In this document: positions 63,120-64,000 of the stretch, piece by piece | How the letters are laid out: each line of letters begins with the position of its first letter | Numbering within the stretch: the stretch's first letter is position 1 | Source of the DNA: Terriglobales bacterium | Lineage (GTDB): Bacteria > Acidobacteriota > Terriglobia > Terriglobales > Acidobacteriaceae | Direction: 5' to 3' | NCBI GenBank assembly: GCA_963700175.1 | Contig: CAVOWN010000015.1 | Location: forward strand, 275,475 to 339,474 | Length of the DNA stretch: 64,000 nucleotides | The notes under the pieces: model-generated | The model's database searches: none | Seen by the model: the letters and a program-made list of their open reading frames with translations, nothing else | Told to the model about the DNA's origin: nothing | Program-made: the position numbers and the translations under genes

Positions 63120-64000
63120 GCAGGTAACTCCTTTTTGGAGGCAGTCCGTAGTCGCGGATTTTGTTGCGCACCGTCCGCAAGCTGATACCCAGCATCTCTG
63201 CTGTGCGTGAGCGATTGCCGGCAGTCGCATCGAGCGTCATTTCGAGCAGTTGCCGCTCCGCGGCTTCGAGCGAAACTCCAGCCCGAAGGCTTTCCGGCGG
63301 CCCGCTGGCCGTCGACGCGGCGGCCATCAGCTCTGAAGGTTCGAGGATGTCTAACCCGATCTCATCAGCGGATAAGGCCACGGCGCGGCGGATCAGATTG
63401 GCCAATTGCCGCACATTTCCCGGCCACGAATACTGCGTAAGGCGCGCCACGAAATCCGGACGCATTCGCGGCCGCGGACGGCCCACGGAATAAACTCCCG
63501 CAAAGTGTTCCGCCAGCGCCAGAATATCTTCCGGATGTTCGCGCAAGGCCGGCAGGCTGAGAGGAATCACGTTCAAACGGTAGTAGAGATCGGCGCGGAA
63601 AGTTCCTTCCCCGACCATCCGCTCTAGCGATCGGTTGGTGGTTGCGATGATGCGGAGGTCGACTTTTACCGGCCGGTTCGATCCCAGCCGATCGAATTCG
63701 CGCTCCTGCAACACTCGCAACAACTTTGGCTGCAGGGGCAATGGGATTTCGCCCACCTCATCCAACAGGAGTGTGCCTCCGTCGGCCAGTTCGAATTTCC
63801 CTGGCTTCGAACTCTGGGCGCCAGTAAACGCACCTTTTGTATAGCCGAACAATTCGCTTTCCAGAAGTTGCTCAGGAAAAGCCGCACAGTTGACCGCAAC
63901 CAGGGGACGATCACGGCGCAGGCTCAAACGGTGAATCATCCGCGCCAGCAGTTCCTTCCCGGTGCCGCTCTCCGCCTGAATAAGCACATCGGCATCGCTC
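63109..64000 (-). CDS. sigma-54-dependent transcriptional activator (bEBP; AAA+ and Fis-type HTH domains), 5' end outside the window
   Basis: It has Walker A ESGTGKE, the GAFTGA sigma-54 contact loop (KGAFTGA), Walker B LLLDEVGE and the C-terminal [22 protein letters not shown]. The frame stays open to the window edge; the listed Met at 63987 is a GTG inside ...DADVLIQ.... Confidence 0.88.
   Translation of the reverse strand, partial: SDADVLIQAESGTGKELLARMIHRLSLRRDRPLVAVNCAAFPEQLLESELFGYTKGAFTGAQSSKPGKFELADGGTLLLDEVGEIPLPLQPKLLRVLQEREFDRLGSNRPVKVDLRIIATTNRSLERMVGEGTFRADLYYRLNVIPLSLPALREHPEDILALAEHFAGVYSVGRPRPRMRPDFVARLTQYSWPGNVRQLANLIRRAVALSADEIGLDILEPSELMAAASTASGPPESLRAGVSLEAAERQLLEMTLDATAGNRSRTAEMLGISLRTVRNKIRDYGLPPKRSYLHVE
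63177..63192 (-). promoter_or_regulatory. candidate sigma-54 (-24/-12) promoter for the flgB operon
   Basis: The minus strand reads cTGGgtatcagcTTGCg. The GG and GC dinucleotides have exactly the consensus TGGCAC-N5-TTGC spacing. The site is about 58 nt upstream of the flgB ATG and inside the 3' end of the sigma-54 activator gene. Confidence 0.35.

Noticed and set aside
1-64000. Mobile genetic element, prophage or defence island.
   Set aside because: No integrase, transposase, phage structural gene, restriction-modification gene, toxin-antitoxin gene or CRISPR-Cas gene was recognised. Composition is uniform apart from short AT-rich promoter regions.

Overview
High-GC (roughly 57-58% by eye), densely coding chromosomal segment. 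It looks acidobacterial: a CarboxypepD_reg-type TonB receptor, a TIGR03436-like VWA protein and a GldAFG-like ABC module. The taxon call is inference only. I support about 60 protein genes. I found no rRNA or tRNA gene, CRISPR array, transposase or integrase.

Gene content, left to right:
- the 3' part of a CHAT protease-like gene
- an ECF sigma / zf-HC2 anti-sigma pair followed by a frameshifted TonB-dependent receptor
- a minimal SET-domain methyltransferase
- a same-strand catabolic cluster: aldehyde dehydrogenase, GntR/FadR regulator, beta-hydroxyacid dehydrogenase, 2-oxoacid/acetoin dehydrogenase E1 alpha and beta, an M24 creatinase/prolidase-like hydrolase, and E2
- a GldA/GldF/GldG-like ABC module plus DUF4340
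- an aldo-keto reductase
- hemE-hemH-hemY
- a Met/His-rich secreted protein, a class III aminotransferase and murJ
- Crp/Fnr, bactofilin and an HpcH aldolase
- a VWA-CPBP pair and an AraC regulator
- small unknown ORFs, then YdeI, YceH, SulP and tdh
- a NarL-type response regulator without its phospho-acceptor Asp
- aroC, def-fmt-rsmB and a stand-alone PASTA protein
- recQ, an M13 peptidase and lemA
- split LigD phosphoesterase and ligase genes
- an orphan ECF sigma
- a flagellar operon (flgB-flgC-fliE-fliF-fliG-fliH-fliI-fliJ) behind a partial sigma-54 activator

No single clearly novel multi-gene system stands out. The most interesting observations are:
1. An A9 / A_AAA_AAC slippery tract at the end of the LigD-PE ORF. 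A one-nucleotide shift there reads stop-free into the ligase ORF.
2. An uncharacterised GntR-linked catabolic operon with an M24 hydrolase embedded in a 2-oxoacid dehydrogenase complex, plus shared palindromic operator candidates.
3. A pseudo-receiver response regulator.
4. A candidate sigma-54 promoter inside the activator gene.

All product calls come from motif recognition in the translated ORFs, not from database searches.
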